Shown piece by piece: positions 1-14,525 of a stretch of DNA of 64,000 bases. Position numbers and translations under genes: made by a program. Source of the stretch: an uncultured delta proteobacterium (GTDB taxonomy: Bacteria; Myxococcota; Myxococcia; Myxococcales; Anaeromyxobacteraceae); the NCBI GenBank assembly GCA_963766715.1, contig CAVYBH010000001.1, forward strand, positions 96,001 through 160,000. The letters run 5' to 3'. Within the stretch, counting starts at the first letter, position 1, and each line of letters begins with the position of its first letter. The notes under the pieces were generated by a model, which had not been told where the DNA came from, did not search any database, and saw only the letters and a program-made list of their open reading frames with translations.

Positions 1-685
1 AGAGGCGGGCCGGGAAGAAGTACTGGGTCGACCCGGGGGTGTACTTGGCCACGTAGTCGTAGAACTCCCGGGACGGCACCATCTCGATGGCGCCGAGCGG
101 CTCCCCGTCGAGGACGGCGACGTTCACCTCCTGGCCCCGGAGGTACTGCTCGACGATGACGTCGCCCTGGAACGACGCGGCGTCCGAGAGGGCCGGGGCG
201 AGCTGGCCCGGCTCCTTGACGACGTGGACGCCGACCGAGGAGCCCTCGCAGGCGGGCTTCACCACGGCCGGGAGCCCGAAGGGCAGGTCGGCCACGGTCA
301 CCGACGCGGCCCGCGAGCGAGGGAAGACCCGGTAGGGGGCGAGCGACAGCCCCGCGTCGCGGAAGACCAGCTTGGAGATCACCTTGTCCATCCCCATGGC
401 CGAGGCCAGGACGCCGGAGCCGGTGTACGGGATCCCCATCGACTCGAGCAGCCCCTGCGCGCAGCCGTCCTCCCCGAAGCGCCCGTGGAGGGCCAGGAAC
501 GCGACCTCCGCCCCGCAGGCCCGCAGCCGCTCGGGCAGGTCGAGCCCGGCGTCGACGAGCGTCACGTCGAGCCCGCGGGAGCGCAGCGCCTCGGCGCAGG
601 CCTCGCCGGTCTTGAGCGACACCTCCCGCTCGGCGGACCTCCCGCCGTAGAGCACCGCGACCTTCTTCCCGATCCAGCGACCCAT
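1..685 (-). CDS. ddl: D-alanine--D-alanine ligase (partial, runs off left edge)
   Basis: Manual translation from ATG at 685: MGRWIGKKVAVLYGGRSAEREVSLKTG...ALHGRFGEDG...MDKVISK...VVKPACEGSSVG; GGAGG RBS at 691-695; follows murB. Confidence 0.93.
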   Translation of the reverse strand, partial: MGRWIGKKVAVLYGGRSAEREVSLKTGEACAEALRSRGLDVTLVDAGLDLPERLRACGAEVAFLALHGRFGEDGCAQGLLESMGIPYTGSGVLASAMGMDKVISKLVFRDAGLSLAPYRVFPRSRAASVTVADLPFGLPAVVKPACEGSSVGVHVVKEPGQLAPALSDAASFQGDVIVEQYLRGQEVNVAVLDGEPLGAIEMVPSREFYDYVAKYTPGSTQYFFPARL

Positions 686-700
686 GACGACCTCCATCGT

Positions 701-1642
701 TCAGGGATGCTCGTCCGGCGCGAACGCGCCGGCGAGCCGTACCTCGAGCTCCAGCTCCACGCCGAAGCGCTCCCGGACCCGCGATCCGCGCCAGCCGGAT
801 GAGCGCGAGGCAGTCGCGGGCCGTGGCCCGGCCCAGGTTCACCACGAAGTTGGCGTGGAGGTCCGACCACATGGCGTTGCCTTCCCGGTGCCCCTTCAGG
901 CCGGCGGCCTCGATGAGCCGGCCGGCGTGGTCGCCCGGCGGGTTGCGGAAGGTCGAGCCCCAGGTCGGCCAGCCCAGCGGCTGGGTGCGCCTGCGATGGG
1001 CCATGTCCGCCTCCATGGCGGCGCGGCTCGCGGCCACGTCGCCCTGGCGGAGGCGGAAGGTGACCCGGGTCACCACCGAGCGGGGAGGGAGCCGGCAGGT
1101 GCGGTAGGCGAAGCCGAGCGCGCTCGCGGGCAGGAGCCGGAGCCCGCCGGGCGTGGCGACCTCGACCGCCTCCACCACGTCCTTCATCTCGCCGATGCGC
1201 GTCCCCGCGTTCATCGCCGCCGCCCCGCCCAGCGTGCCGGGGATGCCGGCGGCGAACTCGCAGCCCACCAGGCCCGCGGCCTGGGCCCGCTGCACGAGGC
1301 GGGAGACCGGCGCGCCCGCCGAGAGCACGAGCCGCTCGCCGTCCTCCGACTCCTCGCCGAAGTCGAGCGGGAGCCGGACCACCACGCCGCGGATGCCCGC
1401 GTCGGCGACGAGGAGGTTCGCGCCCCCGCCCAGCACGAGCAGGGGCACGTCGCGCGCCGCGCAGGCGGAGAGCAGCGAGACCAGGTCGGCCGGGTCCTCC
1501 GGCCGGACGAGCAGGTCGGCGGGCCCGCCCACGCGGATGGAGGTGCGGGGCGCCATGGCCGCGTCCCGGGTGCACTCCCCGCGAACCGCGGCCTCCACCT
1601 CCGCCACCCACGCGGGCGCGGGGCCCGGGCGCGGGCGGTCGG

Positions 1643-1646
<4 letters not shown>
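701..1646 (-). CDS. murB: UDP-N-acetylenolpyruvoylglucosamine reductase (frameshift near 785)
   Basis: Manual translation: [17 protein letters not shown]...LGGGANLLV...GIPGTLGG...MNAG...GSTFRNPPG...HANFVVN...FGVELELEV; 946-nt span is not a multiple of 3. Confidence 0.9.
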
Positions 1647-4173
<2,527 letters not shown>

Positions 4174-4177
<4 letters not shown>

Positions 4178-5339
4178 GAGGCGCTCCCGGCCGCAGCGGC
4201 CATCCGCGGCGCGCGCTGCGCCCGCAGGAAGCCTCCCTGGCCGCCGCTCACCGAGAGCAGCATCCCGGCCGCGGCCAGCATGGTCATGAGCGAGCTGCCT
4301 CCGTAGGAGACGAAGGGGAGCGTGAGCCCCTTCGTCGGGAGCAGCCCCAGCACCACCGCCAGGTTCACCAGCGCCTGGGAGGCGACGAGCGTGGTGAGCC
4401 CGAGGGCGAGGTAGCAGCCGAAGGGGTCCGGGGCCGACCAGGTGGCGCGGAACCCGCGCCAGGTCAGCAGCGCGAAGAGCAGGCACAGGAGCGACATGCC
4501 CGAGCAGCCCCGTCTCCTCGGCGATGACGGCGGCGATGAAGTCGGTGTGGGCCGCCGGCAGGTAGAAGAGCTTGCCCTTCCCCTCGCCGAGCCCCTGGCC
4601 CAGCCACCCGCCGTTGCCGATCCCGAGCAGCGACTCGACGATCTGGAACCCGATGCCGTCGCGGTGCTGCCACGGGTCGAGGAACGCGGTGATGCGGGCC
4701 ATCCGGTAGGGCGTTCCGGCCACGAGCTTCCAGCCGATGGGGATGGCGAGCAGGAGCGCGCCCACCAGGTAGCCGAGCTTCACGCCCCCGGCGAAGAGCA
4801 TGACGAAGAGGACCAGCAGGAGGATGACGGCCGTGCCCAGGTCCTTCTCGAGCGAGCACCAGCGCCACCAGCAGCCCGGTCACCGCCACGTGGGGCAGGA
4901 AGCCGATGGAGAACATCTTCACCCGCTCCTTCTTCCGGGAGAGCGAGCGGGCCAGGTACAGCACGAGCGCCACCTTGGCGGCCTCGGCGGGCTGGAAGCG
5001 GATGAAGCCCAGGTCGATCCAGCGCCGGGCCCCGCCGGCCACCTTGCCGATGCCCGGCACGAGCACCAGCACGAGCGCCACGGTGACGGCGAGGAGGAGC
5101 GGGACGGCCAGCGACTCGAGGCGCCGGTAGCCCAGCTGGACGAAGAAGAGGAGCAGCGCGAGCCCGATGCCGGCCGACACCAGCTGCCGCTTGAGGTAGT
5201 AGAACTGATCGTGAACCCTGGCCTCCGCGGTCACGGCGCTCGCCGAGTAGACCATCACCAGCCCGATGCCGGTGAGGAGGAGCACCGAGGCCAGCAGCCA
5301 GGGATCGAGGGGCGGGACCAGGCGGGCGCGGCGGCTCAC
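4174..5339 (-). CDS. ftsW: SEDS peptidoglycan polymerase FtsW (frameshifts near 4500 and 4855)
   Basis: [33 protein letters not shown] and [16 protein letters not shown] spread over three frames. Confidence 0.93.
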
Positions 5340-5354
5340 GGTGCGTGTCGTCGC

Positions 5355-6727
5355 TCATGGCGCGCGCGCCTCCGAGGCGAGCCGGCGGAAGGTCTCGCCC
5401 CGCTCCTCGTAGTCCCGGAACTGATCGTAGCTCGCGCAGGCCGGGGAGAGGAGCACCACGTCGCCCGGCCCGGCGAGGCGGGCGGCGCGGGCCACGGCGG
5501 TGGCGGAGGTCGCCGCAGGACTCGGTGGGGCCGAGGTCGCCGAGCTCGCGCTCGATGGCCGGGCGCGTCCTCGCCCAGCGTGAGGAGCGCCTTCACGCGC
5601 CCCGGGAAGAGCGGGCGGAGCGGGGCGTAGGGAGCCTTCTTCCCGCGGCCGCCCAGCAGGAGGATCACCGACGGCTTCCCGTCCGGGAAGGCGGCGAGGC
5701 CGACGACGGTCGAGTCGACGTTGGTGGCCTTGGAGTCGTTCACCCACTCCACGCCGCCGCGCTCGGCCACCAGCTCGAGCCGGTGGGGGAGGCCGGGGAA
5801 CAGGTCGAGGCCGCGCTGCACCTTCGGGCCCGGGACGCCCATCAGGCGGGCGAGCGCGATGGCCGCCATGGCGTTCTCCCGGTTGTGGCGGCCGCGCAGG
5901 GCGCGGTTCTTGACCTGGTAGCGCTCCGGATCGCCGGAGGGGCCGGTCCACCGGACCACCTCGCCGTCGTCCCGCGCCGCCATGGGGGCCCGGGGGCCGA
6001 ATCCGAAGGTGATGACCTCGCCGCGGGTGGAGCGGGCGGCGGCCATCGCGCGCGGGTCGCGCTCGTTGGCGACGGCCAGGTCGCCCGGCTGCTGGTTCTC
6101 GAAGAGGCGCGCCTTGGCGGCCCCGTAGGCGTCCATGCCGGGGTAGCGGTCGAGGTGATCGGGCGTCACGTTCAGGATGGCGCCGACCCGGGGGCGGAAC
6201 CGCTCGATCCCCTCCAGCTGGAAGGACGAGAGCTCGAGGACCACCGCCTCCACCGGCGCGCCGGAGAGGGGGAGCTCGGAGAGCGGCGTGCCCAGGTTCC
6301 CGCCCACGAAGGTGCGGCGGTCCTCCTGGAAGAGGGCCCCGGCGAGCGCCGTGGTGGTGCTCTTGCCGTTCGTGCCGGTGATGGCCACCACCGGGAGGTC
6401 CCCGAGGAAGCGGGAGGCGAGCTCGACCTCGCCCAGCACCGGGACGCCGGCGCGCCGGGCCGCCGCGAGCTCCGGCAGCGAGAGCGGGACGCCCGGGGAG
6501 ATCACCACCAGGTCGCTTCCGGTGAAGTCGCGCTCGTCGTGGCCGCCCAGCGCGAAGGAGACCCCCGCGCCGCCCAGGGCGCCGACCTCGGCGGCCACCT
6601 CGGTGGCGACCCGCCGGTCGGTGACCGTGACCCGGGCGCCCTGGCGCGCGCACAGGCGCGCCGCCGCGGAGCCGCTCCGCGCCAGCCCGACCACGAGGAC
6701 CTTCTTTCCGGAGAGATCGATGGCCAT
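5355..6727 (-). CDS. murD: UDP-MurNAc-L-Ala--D-glutamate ligase (frameshift near 5560)
   Basis: [45 protein letters not shown] lies in a second frame. Confidence 0.94.
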
Positions 6728-6736
6728 CTTCCTTTC

Positions 6737-7879
6737 CTAGCGGAGCTTCAGCGACATGAGCGCGACCAGTGCCAGCATGATGGAGGCGATCCAGAAGCGC
6801 ACGATGATCTTGGGTTCCGCGATCCCCTCCAGCTCGAAGTGGTGGTGGATGGGGGCCATGCGGAACACCCGGCGGCCCGTGGTGCGGAACGAGGCCACCT
6901 GGACGATGACGCTCACCGCCTCGGCCAGGAAGACCCCGTTCAGGATGGCCGACGCGAACTCGTTCTTGGTGAGCACGGCCAGCATGCCCAGCGCGCCTCC
7001 CAGCGCGAGCGAGCCCACGTCGCCCATGAACATCGAGGCCGGGTAGGTGTTGAACCACAGGAAGGCGATCCCGGCGCCGGCCATGGCGGCGCAGAAGACC
7101 CCCATCTCCTGGGCGCCGTGCACCGGGGGGATGCCCAGGTAGGCGGCCAGGCTGAACCCGGCCACGGTGGTGCCGGCCACGTAGGACAGCGCCAGGAAGG
7201 CCATCGACGAGACGATCGAGGGGCCGATGGCGAGCCCGTCGAGCCCGTCGGTGAGGTTCACGGCGTTGGAGGTGCCGACCACCACGAGCAGCATGAAGGG
7301 GACGTAGGCCCAGCCCAGGTTCCAGTCGAAGTGGCGCGTGGGGACGAAGGGGAGGGTGACGTGGGTGTCGAGGAAGGTGCCCACGGTGAGGAAGGGGAAG
7401 GTGGCGCCGAGCTGGAAGTTCCAGTCGGTCAGGAAGACCAGGTAGACGGCCAGGACGATGAGCGTCTGCCAGACGAGCTTCTGCCGGCCGGGAAGCCCCT
7501 TCGAGTTCCGCTTCGAGATCTTGAGGTAGTCGTCGGCGAAGCCCACCGCCCCGTAGCCCACGGTGACGAGCAGGACCGCCCAGACCAGCCGGCTGCGCAG
7601 GTCGGCGAAGAGCAGCGTGGCGGCGACCAGCGCGAGCAGGATGAGCGCGCCGCCCATCGAGGGCGTGCCGGTCTTCCGCTTGTGCCCCTCCGGCGTGTCC
7701 TCGCGGACGTTCGAGACCCCGTACTGGAGACGGCGCATCCGCTCGATGAACCAGGGGCCGAGCAGCAGGCCCAGGACCATGGCGGTGAGGCCCGCGGCCA
7801 CGATGCGGAAGGACGGATACCGCAGGACGTTCAGCACCGTGAAGCGCTGCGCCAGCGGGTAGAGGAGGAGGTAGAGCAT
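6737..7879 (-). CDS. mraY: Phospho-N-acetylmuramoyl-pentapeptide transferase
   Basis: [42 protein letters not shown]. Confidence 0.97.
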   Translation of the reverse strand: MLYLLLYPLAQRFTVLNVLRYPSFRIVAAGLTAMVLGLLLGPWFIERMRRLQYGVSNVREDTPEGHKRKTGTPSMGGALILLALVAATLLFADLRSRLVWAVLLVTVGYGAVGFADDYLKISKRNSKGLPGRQKLVWQTLIVLAVYLVFLTDWNFQLGATFPFLTVGTFLDTHVTLPFVPTRHFDWNLGWAYVPFMLLVVVGTSNAVNLTDGLDGLAIGPSIVSSMAFLALSYVAGTTVAGFSLAAYLGIPPVHGAQEMGVFCAAMAGAGIAFLWFNTYPASMFMGDVGSLALGGALGMLAVLTKNEFASAILNGVFLAEAVSVIVQVASFRTTGRRVFRMAPIHHHFELEGIAEPKIIVRFWIASIMLALVALMSLKLR

Positions 7880-9271
7880 CTAGCGCAGGGCCTCGACGAG
7901 TCGTTCGAGCTTCATCCCCCGGCTGCCCTTCACGAGCAGCGCGTCGCCGGGGCGGAGCCGCTCGCGCACGAACGCCGCGAGGGCCTGGGGATCCTCGGTG
8001 TGGAAGGCCGAGGCGGGATCGAGGCCGGCGGCCAGCGCCGCCTCGTGGGTGAGACGGGCGCGGGGCCCGAAGGTGGCGAGCAGGGAGAGGCCGGCGGCGG
8101 CCGCGTCGCGCCCCAGCTCCCGGTGCAGGTCGTCCCCGGCCGGGCCCAGCTCGAGCATGTCGCCCAGCGCGGCCAGCGCGCGCCCGCCTCCGGCGAGCTG
8201 CCGGACCGTCCGGAGCGCGGCCTTCATCGAGGCCGGGTTCGCGTTGTAGCAGTCGTCGACGAGGAGGACGCCGGAGGGGAGCCGCTCGACGCGCAGGCGC
8301 CGTCCCACCGGGCGCACGTCGGCGAGCCCGCGGACGATCTCCCGGTCGCTGCAGCCCAGCGCGAGCGCGGCGGCGGCGGCGGCCGCGGCGTTCACGGCGT
8401 TGTGCTCCCCGACGAGCGGGAGCCGCACCGTCACCTCCTTCGTCCCGATGCCGAGCAGGAAGGCGATGCCCTCCGGCCCCTGCTCGAGGACGTCGAGGAG
8501 CGCCACGTCGGCCTTGCGGTCGCGGCCGGCGGCGAAGGTGAGCACCTTCCGTCCCGACTCGAGGGCCCTCCGCAGCATGCGCGGGTCGTCCGCGTTGGCC
8601 ACCACGATGCCGTCCGGCGGGAGCCCCTTGTAGAGCTCCCCCTTGGCGTCGGCCACGCCGTCGACCGAGCCGAGACCCTCCAGGTGGGCGGCGAAGGCGT
8701 TCGTCACCACGCCCACGCGCGGCTCGGCGATGCCGGCCAGGCGCGCGATCTCGCCGCGGTGGCTCATGCCCATCTCGATCACCGCGGCCTGGTGCTCCGG
8801 CCCGAGCCGGAAGAGCGTGAGCGGGACGCCCACCTCGTTGTTCAGGTTGCCCTCGGTCTTGAGGACCGGCCCGCGCGTGGCCAGGATGGCGGCGATCATC
8901 TCGCGCGTGGTGGTCTTGCCGTTCGAGCCGGTGACGCCCACCACGGGGATGGCGAAGCGGCGCCGGTGGAGCCGGGCCAGCCCGCCCAGGGCCTCGAGCG
9001 TGTCCGCGACGGCGAGCAGCGGCAGCCCGGGAGGCGCGCTCCCGGCGCGGTCGGCGGCAACGACGGCGCAGGCGGCGCCTGCGCGCGCCGCCTCGGCGAG
9101 GAAGTCGTGCCCGTCGAACCGCTCGCCGCGCAGCGCCACGAAGGCGCTGCCCGGGGAGATGGCCCGGGTGTCGGTGGAGACGCCGGAGGCGGAGGCGGCG
9201 GGCGCGCCAATCCACCGGCCGCCGGTGGCGGAGACCAGGTCACTCGCGGTGAAGTTGGGGCCCGGGCTCAC
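7880..9271 (-). CDS. murF: UDP-MurNAc-tripeptide--D-Ala-D-Ala ligase
   Basis: C-terminal part of ORF 7880..10552: [42 protein letters not shown] start overlaps murE stop. Confidence 0.95.
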   Translation of the reverse strand: MSPGPNFTASDLVSATGGRWIGAPAASASGVSTDTRAISPGSAFVALRGERFDGHDFLAEAARAGAACAVVAADRAGSAPPGLPLLAVADTLEALGGLARLHRRRFAIPVVGVTGSNGKTTTREMIAAILATRGPVLKTEGNLNNEVGVPLTLFRLGPEHQAAVIEMGMSHRGEIARLAGIAEPRVGVVTNAFAAHLEGLGSVDGVADAKGELYKGLPPDGIVVANADDPRMLRRALESGRKVLTFAAGRDRKADVALLDVLEQGPEGIAFLLGIGTKEVTVRLPLVGEHNAVNAAAAAAAALALGCSDREIVRGLADVRPVGRRLRVERLPSGVLLVDDCYNANPASMKAALRTVRQLAGGGRALAALGDMLELGPAGDDLHRELGRDAAAAGLSLLATFGPRARLTHEAALAAGLDPASAFHTEDPQALAAFVRERLRPGDALLVKGSRGMKLERLVEALR

Positions 9272-10761
9272 GCCGCGCCGAGGCCCCTTCGGGCCTCCTC
9301 CCGGTCGTCGAGGTGGCGCCGCTCGGTGCCCACGATCTGGTAGTCCTCGTGCCCCTTGCCGGCGATGAGCACCGCGTCGCCGGGCCGCGCCGCCTCGAGG
9401 GCCAGCGCGATGGCGGCCCGCCGGTCCTCGACCACGGTGAAGCCGCGGGCGCCGGCGCGCGCCTCGTCCTGGGAGAGCCGGCGGAGCCCCGCCTCCTCGA
9501 CGCCCGGCACGATGGCGGCCAGGATGGCGGCCGGGTCCTCGGTGCGCGGGTTGTCGCTCGTCACCACGACCAGGTCGGCGGCCGCGCCGGCGGCGCGCCC
9601 CATGAGCGGCCGCTTGCCGCGGTCCCGGTCGCCGCCGCAGCCGAAGACCGCGACGAGGCGGCGCGGGGAGAGCGCCCGGAGCGCGGCGCAGGCCGCGGCG
9701 AGCGAGTCGGGCGTGTGCGCGTAGTCGACGAAGGCGGCCACGCCGCGCCCGTCGATGCGCTCGAGCCGGCCCGGGGCGCCGCGCGACGCGGAGAGCCCCT
9801 CCGAGACGGCGTCGGGCGGGATTCCCACGGCGAGCGCCAGGCCCGCCGCGACCTGGAGGTTCTCCAGGTTGTGCGCGCCCACCAGCGGGGAGCGCACCGC
9901 GATCTCCCCGCGCGGGGTCAGGAGCAGGGCCCGCGTGCCGTCCATGCCGCCGCGGACGTCCCGCGCCGCGATCTCGGCGCCGGGCACGCCGAGGCGCCAG
10001 GTGGTCGTCCCGGCCGCGGCCAGCTCCGCGGCGAGCCGCGCCCCGTGCGCGTCGGCGGCGTTCACCACCGCCACGCCGTCGGGCGCGAGCCGCTCGGAGA
10101 AGAGGCGCCGCTTGGCCTGGAAGTAGGACTCGAGGTCCGGGTGGAAGTCGAGGTGATCGCGCCCCAGGTTGGTGAAGCCGGCGGCGCGGAAGGTGAGGCC
10201 GGCCACCCGCTCCTGCTCGAGGGCGTGGGAGGACACCTCGAGGATGGCGAGGCGGGCCCCGGCGTCGGCCATCTCGGCGAGGAGCGACTGCACCTCGGTG
10301 GCGTCGGGCGTGGTGTGGGACGCGGGGCGGGTGCGCCCGGGAACGCGCCAGGAGACCGTGCCGATGACGCCGCAGGGGATCCCGGCGGCGGCGGCGCAGG
10401 CCTCCACCAGGTAGGTGACCGTGGTCTTCCCCTTCGTGCCGGTGACGCCGCAGAGGGAGAGCCGCTCGGCGGGATGGCCGTGGATGGCGGCGGAGGCGAG
10501 CGCCAGCGCGCGGCGCGCCGAGGGAACGAGGAGGAGCGTGGCCGGCGCGCACTCCACCGGCCGCTCGGCCAGCACGGCCACCGCCCCGGCTCGCGCGGCG
10601 GCCGCGGCGAAATCGTGGCCATCCACGCGGGCGCCGGGGACGGCGACGAAGAGGGCGCCGGGCTTCACTTGACGTGAATCGGCGGTCACCAGCGACACCT
10701 CGGCGTCGGGCGCTTGTCCCAGCGAGGCGCCGGTGCCGGGGATGACCGCGGAAAGACGCAT
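9268..10761 (-). CDS. murE: UDP-MurNAc-dipeptide--meso-DAP ligase
   Basis: VTGTKGKTT, LEVSSH, DYAHTPD, GCGGDRD, DNPR (DAP-specificity motif), AGKGHEDYQ. Confidence 0.96.
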   Translation of the reverse strand: MRLSAVIPGTGASLGQAPDAEVSLVTADSRQVKPGALFVAVPGARVDGHDFAAAAARAGAVAVLAERPVECAPATLLLVPSARRALALASAAIHGHPAERLSLCGVTGTKGKTTVTYLVEACAAAAGIPCGVIGTVSWRVPGRTRPASHTTPDATEVQSLLAEMADAGARLAILEVSSHALEQERVAGLTFRAAGFTNLGRDHLDFHPDLESYFQAKRRLFSERLAPDGVAVVNAADAHGARLAAELAAAGTTTWRLGVPGAEIAARDVRGGMDGTRALLLTPRGEIAVRSPLVGAHNLENLQVAAGLALAVGIPPDAVSEGLSASRGAPGRLERIDGRGVAAFVDYAHTPDSLAAACAALRALSPRRLVAVFGCGGDRDRGKRPLMGRAAGAAADLVVVTSDNPRTEDPAAILAAIVPGVEEAGLRRLSQDEARAGARGFTVVEDRRAAIALALEAARPGDAVLIAGKGHEDYQIVGTERRHLDDREEARRGLGAA

Positions 10762-10844
10762 GGATTCGAGTGGACTGCCTCCGGCCGGAGCCTATCGCCT
10801 AGGCGATATCGGGGGCAGCTTTTTGCCTCCCTTTCCGCCGGATT

Positions 10845-12854
10845 TCAACCGGGCGGCGCGAGCGTGAGACGGACCCGGGTGCCTCTCTGGACGACCTCGC
10901 CCGCGCGCGGGACCTGGCCGGTGACGCGCCCGGTGCCGCGGAGGTCGCCGGCCAGGTCGGCCGACTCGAGCCGCCGGAGCGCCGAGCGGGCGGCCAGCCC
11001 CTGGAGCGCAGGCACCGCCACCCCGCCCGTGCCCTGCGGAGGCTTGCGCGGCGCGAACTCGACCTGCGGGACCGGGGCCACGTCCTCCCGCTCGACGCCC
11101 GTCTCGGCGGGCCCGGGCGGGGCGAGTGGGGGGAGCGCGGCGACGGCGGCGCCGGTGGGCGCGACGCCGCCCGCCTTGAGCGCGTACTCGGCGACGTCCC
11201 GGAACACCGGGGCCGCCACCTCGCCGCCGTAGATCTCGCCCTTGGGCTCGTCGATGAAGACCCCGATGACCACGCGGGGGGCGTCGGCCGGGGCGAAGCC
11301 GACGAAGGAGGCGAACTGCTTGTCGGCCGAGTAGCCGCCGGTCACCGGGTCGGCCTTCTGGGCGGTGCCGGTCTTGCCGGCCAGCCGCCAGCCGGCGAGC
11401 CGGGCGCGCTTGCCGGTCCCGTCCGGATCGGCGATCACGCCCTCGAGCCACTCCGTCACCTGCCGCGCGGTCTCGGCCGAGACCACCCGCCGGACGGGAG
11501 TGGGAACGGCCTCGCTCATGACGTCGCCCGTCACCGGATCGACCACCCGCCGGACCAGCCACGGCTTCATGAGCACGCCGCGGTTGGCGAGCGCCGCCAT
11601 GGCTTGCGTGATCTGGAGGGCCGACGCGGTCATGCCCTGGCCGAAGCTCATCGTGGCGAGCGAGATCTCGGCCTTGGGGTAGGGGATCTGCCCGCGCGGC
11701 TCGCCGGGAATCCCGGTCTGGGTCCGCTCGCCGAGCCCGAAGGCGAGGTAGGCCTGCTGCAGCCGGTCCCGTCCGAGCCGCTGGCCGACCTTGGCCGCGC
11801 AGATGTTGGAGCTGGCCGCCATCACCCGGGCCGGCGGGACCCAGCCGAGCCCCTTGTGGTCGTGGATGACGTGGCTGCCCACCGCCCAGCGCCCGTTCTC
11901 GCAGAAGATGGAGGTGGTCGGCGTGATGGCGCCCTCGTCGAGCGCGCGGGCCAGCACGAAGGCCTTCATCGTCGACCCCGGCTCGAAGCTGTCGAGGATG
12001 GCGCGGTTGCGCAGGTCCTCCTTGCGCGGGGCGTTGGGGTTGAGGAGCGGGACGTTGGCGAGCGCCAGGATCTCGCCGGTGCCCGGGTCGATCACGATGA
12101 CCATGCCCGAGGCGGCGCGCGCCTGGGCCACCGCCTGGGCGAGCGATCGCTCGGCGGCGTTCTGGAGCCCCTGGTCGATGGTCAGCTCGACCCGGGAGCC
12201 CTCCAGCACCCGCTCCGGAACGGTCGCCGCGCCGAGCAGGTGGGCGCCGCGCGCATCGCGCAGGGACGGGAGCCGCGTGCCCTCGCCCTGCAGCGAGTCG
12301 TCCCAGGCCCGCTCGATTCCCTCGAGCCCCTCGCCGTCGTCGCCGACGATCCCGAGGAGCTGCCCGGCCAGCTCGCGCCGGGGGTAGTAGCGACGCGTCT
12401 CCTTCACGAACCCGACGCCGGCCATCTTCATGGCCCGGACCTGGTCGGCCTCGGCCGGCGAGACCCGGCGCTTCACCCAGGCGAAGCGGGCGCCCTTCCC
12501 GATCTTCTTCTCGAGCGCCTTGGGCTCGAGCTGCAGCGCCTTGGCGAGCCGGACCACGTCGCGGGTGCGGCTGCCGGCGGGGAACTCGCGCGGGTCCACG
12601 AAGATGGAGTCGGCCTCGGCGTTTCCCGCCAGCACCGCGCCGTTGCGGTCGGTGATGGCGCCGCGGCGCGGCTTCAGCGTGAGGTCGCGGAGGTACTGGT
12701 CGCGCGCCAGGCTGCCCAGCCGGTCGCCCTGCAAGACTTGAAGCTGCGCCGATCGTCCGGCCACCACGGCGAACCCCGCCGCGAAGGCGAAGGCCACGAT
12801 CCCGATCCGGATGGCGATCCAGCGCGCCGAGCGGGCGTCGATTCCGGCGCGCAT
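10845..12854 (-). CDS. ftsI: Class B PBP FtsI with C-terminal PASTA-like domain
   Basis: N-terminal TM, RRGAITDRNG, EPGSTMK (SxxK), SSN, KTGTAQ; VPALQG...QVPRAG PASTA-like tail. Confidence 0.95.
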   Translation of the reverse strand: MRAGIDARSARWIAIRIGIVAFAFAAGFAVVAGRSAQLQVLQGDRLGSLARDQYLRDLTLKPRRGAITDRNGAVLAGNAEADSIFVDPREFPAGSRTRDVVRLAKALQLEPKALEKKIGKGARFAWVKRRVSPAEADQVRAMKMAGVGFVKETRRYYPRRELAGQLLGIVGDDGEGLEGIERAWDDSLQGEGTRLPSLRDARGAHLLGAATVPERVLEGSRVELTIDQGLQNAAERSLAQAVAQARAASGMVIVIDPGTGEILALANVPLLNPNAPRKEDLRNRAILDSFEPGSTMKAFVLARALDEGAITPTTSIFCENGRWAVGSHVIHDHKGLGWVPPARVMAASSNICAAKVGQRLGRDRLQQAYLAFGLGERTQTGIPGEPRGQIPYPKAEISLATMSFGQGMTASALQITQAMAALANRGVLMKPWLVRRVVDPVTGDVMSEAVPTPVRRVVSAETARQVTEWLEGVIADPDGTGKRARLAGWRLAGKTGTAQKADPVTGGYSADKQFASFVGFAPADAPRVVIGVFIDEPKGEIYGGEVAAPVFRDVAEYALKAGGVAPTGAAVAALPPLAPPGPAETGVEREDVAPVPQVEFAPRKPPQGTGGVAVPALQGLAARSALRRLESADLAGDLRGTGRVTGQVPRAGEVVQRGTRVRLTLAPPG

Positions 12855-12860
12855 CGCCGC

Positions 12861-13295
12861 TCAGGGACGGGCCGCGTCCGGCGCGCCCGTGCGGGGGCCC
12901 GTCCGGGCCTCCCGCCGCTTCGTCGTCTTCACATCTGGCTCCGCCGGGCCAGGGCGCTGGTCTGCCCCGTCGCCAACCCCGCCCGACAACCCAACCTTCC
13001 CGCCCACCGTACCCGCCACCACCGCACCCGGTGCCGGCGGAGCCATTCCCAACCGCTCGCGCGCGAACCGCTCCAGGCGGCCCGGCGAGCGCAAAGTCGC
13101 CACCTCGAGGTTCAGACGATCCCGATCGGCCAGCAGCTGCCGATGCTCGGCCTCCAGGCGCCCGAGCTCGTAGCCGGCGCCCTGCACGCGGGTCCGCGAC
13201 CACACGTGGAAGACCCCCACGGCGGCCAGCGGGGCCGCGAGGAGCAGCCCGGCGAGCACGGTGGCCACGCCGGCCCTGTGTCCCGGGGCCTTCAT
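12861..13295 (-). CDS. ftsL: Cell division protein FtsL-like
   Basis: One TM then a coiled coil ending [17 protein letters not shown]; sits between rsmH and ftsI. Confidence 0.8.
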   Translation of the reverse strand: MKAPGHRAGVATVLAGLLLAAPLAAVGVFHVWSRTRVQGAGYELGRLEAEHRQLLADRDRLNLEVATLRSPGRLERFARERLGMAPPAPGAVVAGTVGGKVGLSGGVGDGADQRPGPAEPDVKTTKRREARTGPRTGAPDAARP

Positions 13296-14226
13296 CGGAC
13301 CTTCACCACGGCGCGGAGCCTGGCGCTCCGGGAGCGCGGATTGGCGGCCACCTCGGCGTCGGAGGCCACCACGGCCTTCTTCGTGACCGGCCGGAATTCC
13401 GGGTTCGACCCGCACTGGCAGACCGGCAGCCGCGGCGGGCAGGTGCACTCGCGGGTGAGCGCCTGGAAGGCCCGCTTCACCATCCGGTCCTCCAGCGAGT
13501 GGAAGCTGATGGCCGCGGCGCGCCCGCCCTTCGAGAGGATGCGCGGGAGCGACTCGAGCCAGGCGGCGAGCGCCCCCAGCTCGTCGTTCACGGCGATGCG
13601 CAGCGCCTGGAAGGTGCGGGTGGCCGGGTGGATGTTGCGCGGCCAGGCCTTGCGCGGGATGGCGCCGGAGACCACCTCGGCGAGCCGGGCGGTGTCGATG
13701 GAGCGGGCCCCGTGCTTCTCCACGGCCTGCCGGATGGCCCGGGCGATGGGGCGGGCGAAGGGCTCCTCGCCGTACTCGCGGAGGATCCGGGTCAGCTCGG
13801 CCACGTCGGCGCGCTCGAGCAGCTCGGCGAGGGTCTCGCCCTCGTCGCCATCCGCATGTCGAGGGGGCCCGGGCGGGAGAAGGAGAAGCCGCGCTCGGCC
13901 ACGTCGAGCTGGGGGGAGGAGACGCCCAGGTCGACGAGCGCGCCGTCCACCCGCTCGATGCCCAGCGAGCGGAGCACGCCCTCGGCGTCGCGGAAGTCGG
14001 CGCGAACGGCGCGGAAGGCCTCGCCGAAGCGGGCCAGGCGTGCGCGCGCCGCGGCCAGCGCGCGCGGATCGCGGTCGGTGCCGATCACCTGCGCCCCCTG
14101 CTCGAGCAGCGCTTCCGCGTGTCCGCCGCCGCCCAGCGTGCCGTCGAGGAGGATCGCGCCGGCGCGCGGCTGGAGGAGCAGGACGACCTCGCTCTGGAGA
14201 ACGGTCGCATGCGAGAACCCGGTCAC
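13292..14226 (-). CDS. rsmH: 16S rRNA m4C1402 methyltransferase (frameshift near 13850)
   Basis: [30 protein letters not shown]; then [34 protein letters not shown]. Confidence 0.95.
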
Positions 14227-14522
14227 CCGGCCCTCATGGCGTCGGCCACGTCGGGGTGGAACTCGACGCCGTAGCCGCCACCGGCGAGGACGAGGTCGCG
14301 GACGTACCGGCTCGCGCCGGCCAGCCGGAGTCCCGGGACCTCGCGCAGCAGGCGCGCCCCGGCGTAGTGGAGGTGGCGCACGCGGGAGAGGTCGATCACC
14401 ACGAGGCGGCCGACCGCGCGGGCCCGGGCCGAGGCGGCGGCCACGCTCGCCAGCTCGGCGAGCGACAGCTCCCCGTAGCAGCGGAGCACGGTGACGCCTG
14501 TTTCCTCGCGAAGGACGTGCAT
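14223..14522 (-). CDS. Small STAS-like protein
   Basis: [10 protein letters not shown]...[15 protein letters not shown]...[11 protein letters not shown] fits a STAS fold pattern; 3 nt after mraZ stop, overlaps rsmH start. Confidence 0.7.
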   Translation of the reverse strand: MHVLREETGVTVLRCYGELSLAELASVAAASARARAVGRLVVIDLSRVRHLHYAGARLLREVPGLRLAGASRYVRDLVLAGGGYGVEFHPDVADAMRAG

Positions 14523-14525
14523 GGC

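Noticed and set aside
5345..9343. Very long antisense or alternate-frame ORFs (also 11604..15089, 30972..33710, 42098..43762)
   Set aside because: Shadow ORFs typical of high-GC DNA; they overlap well-supported genes and lack motifs
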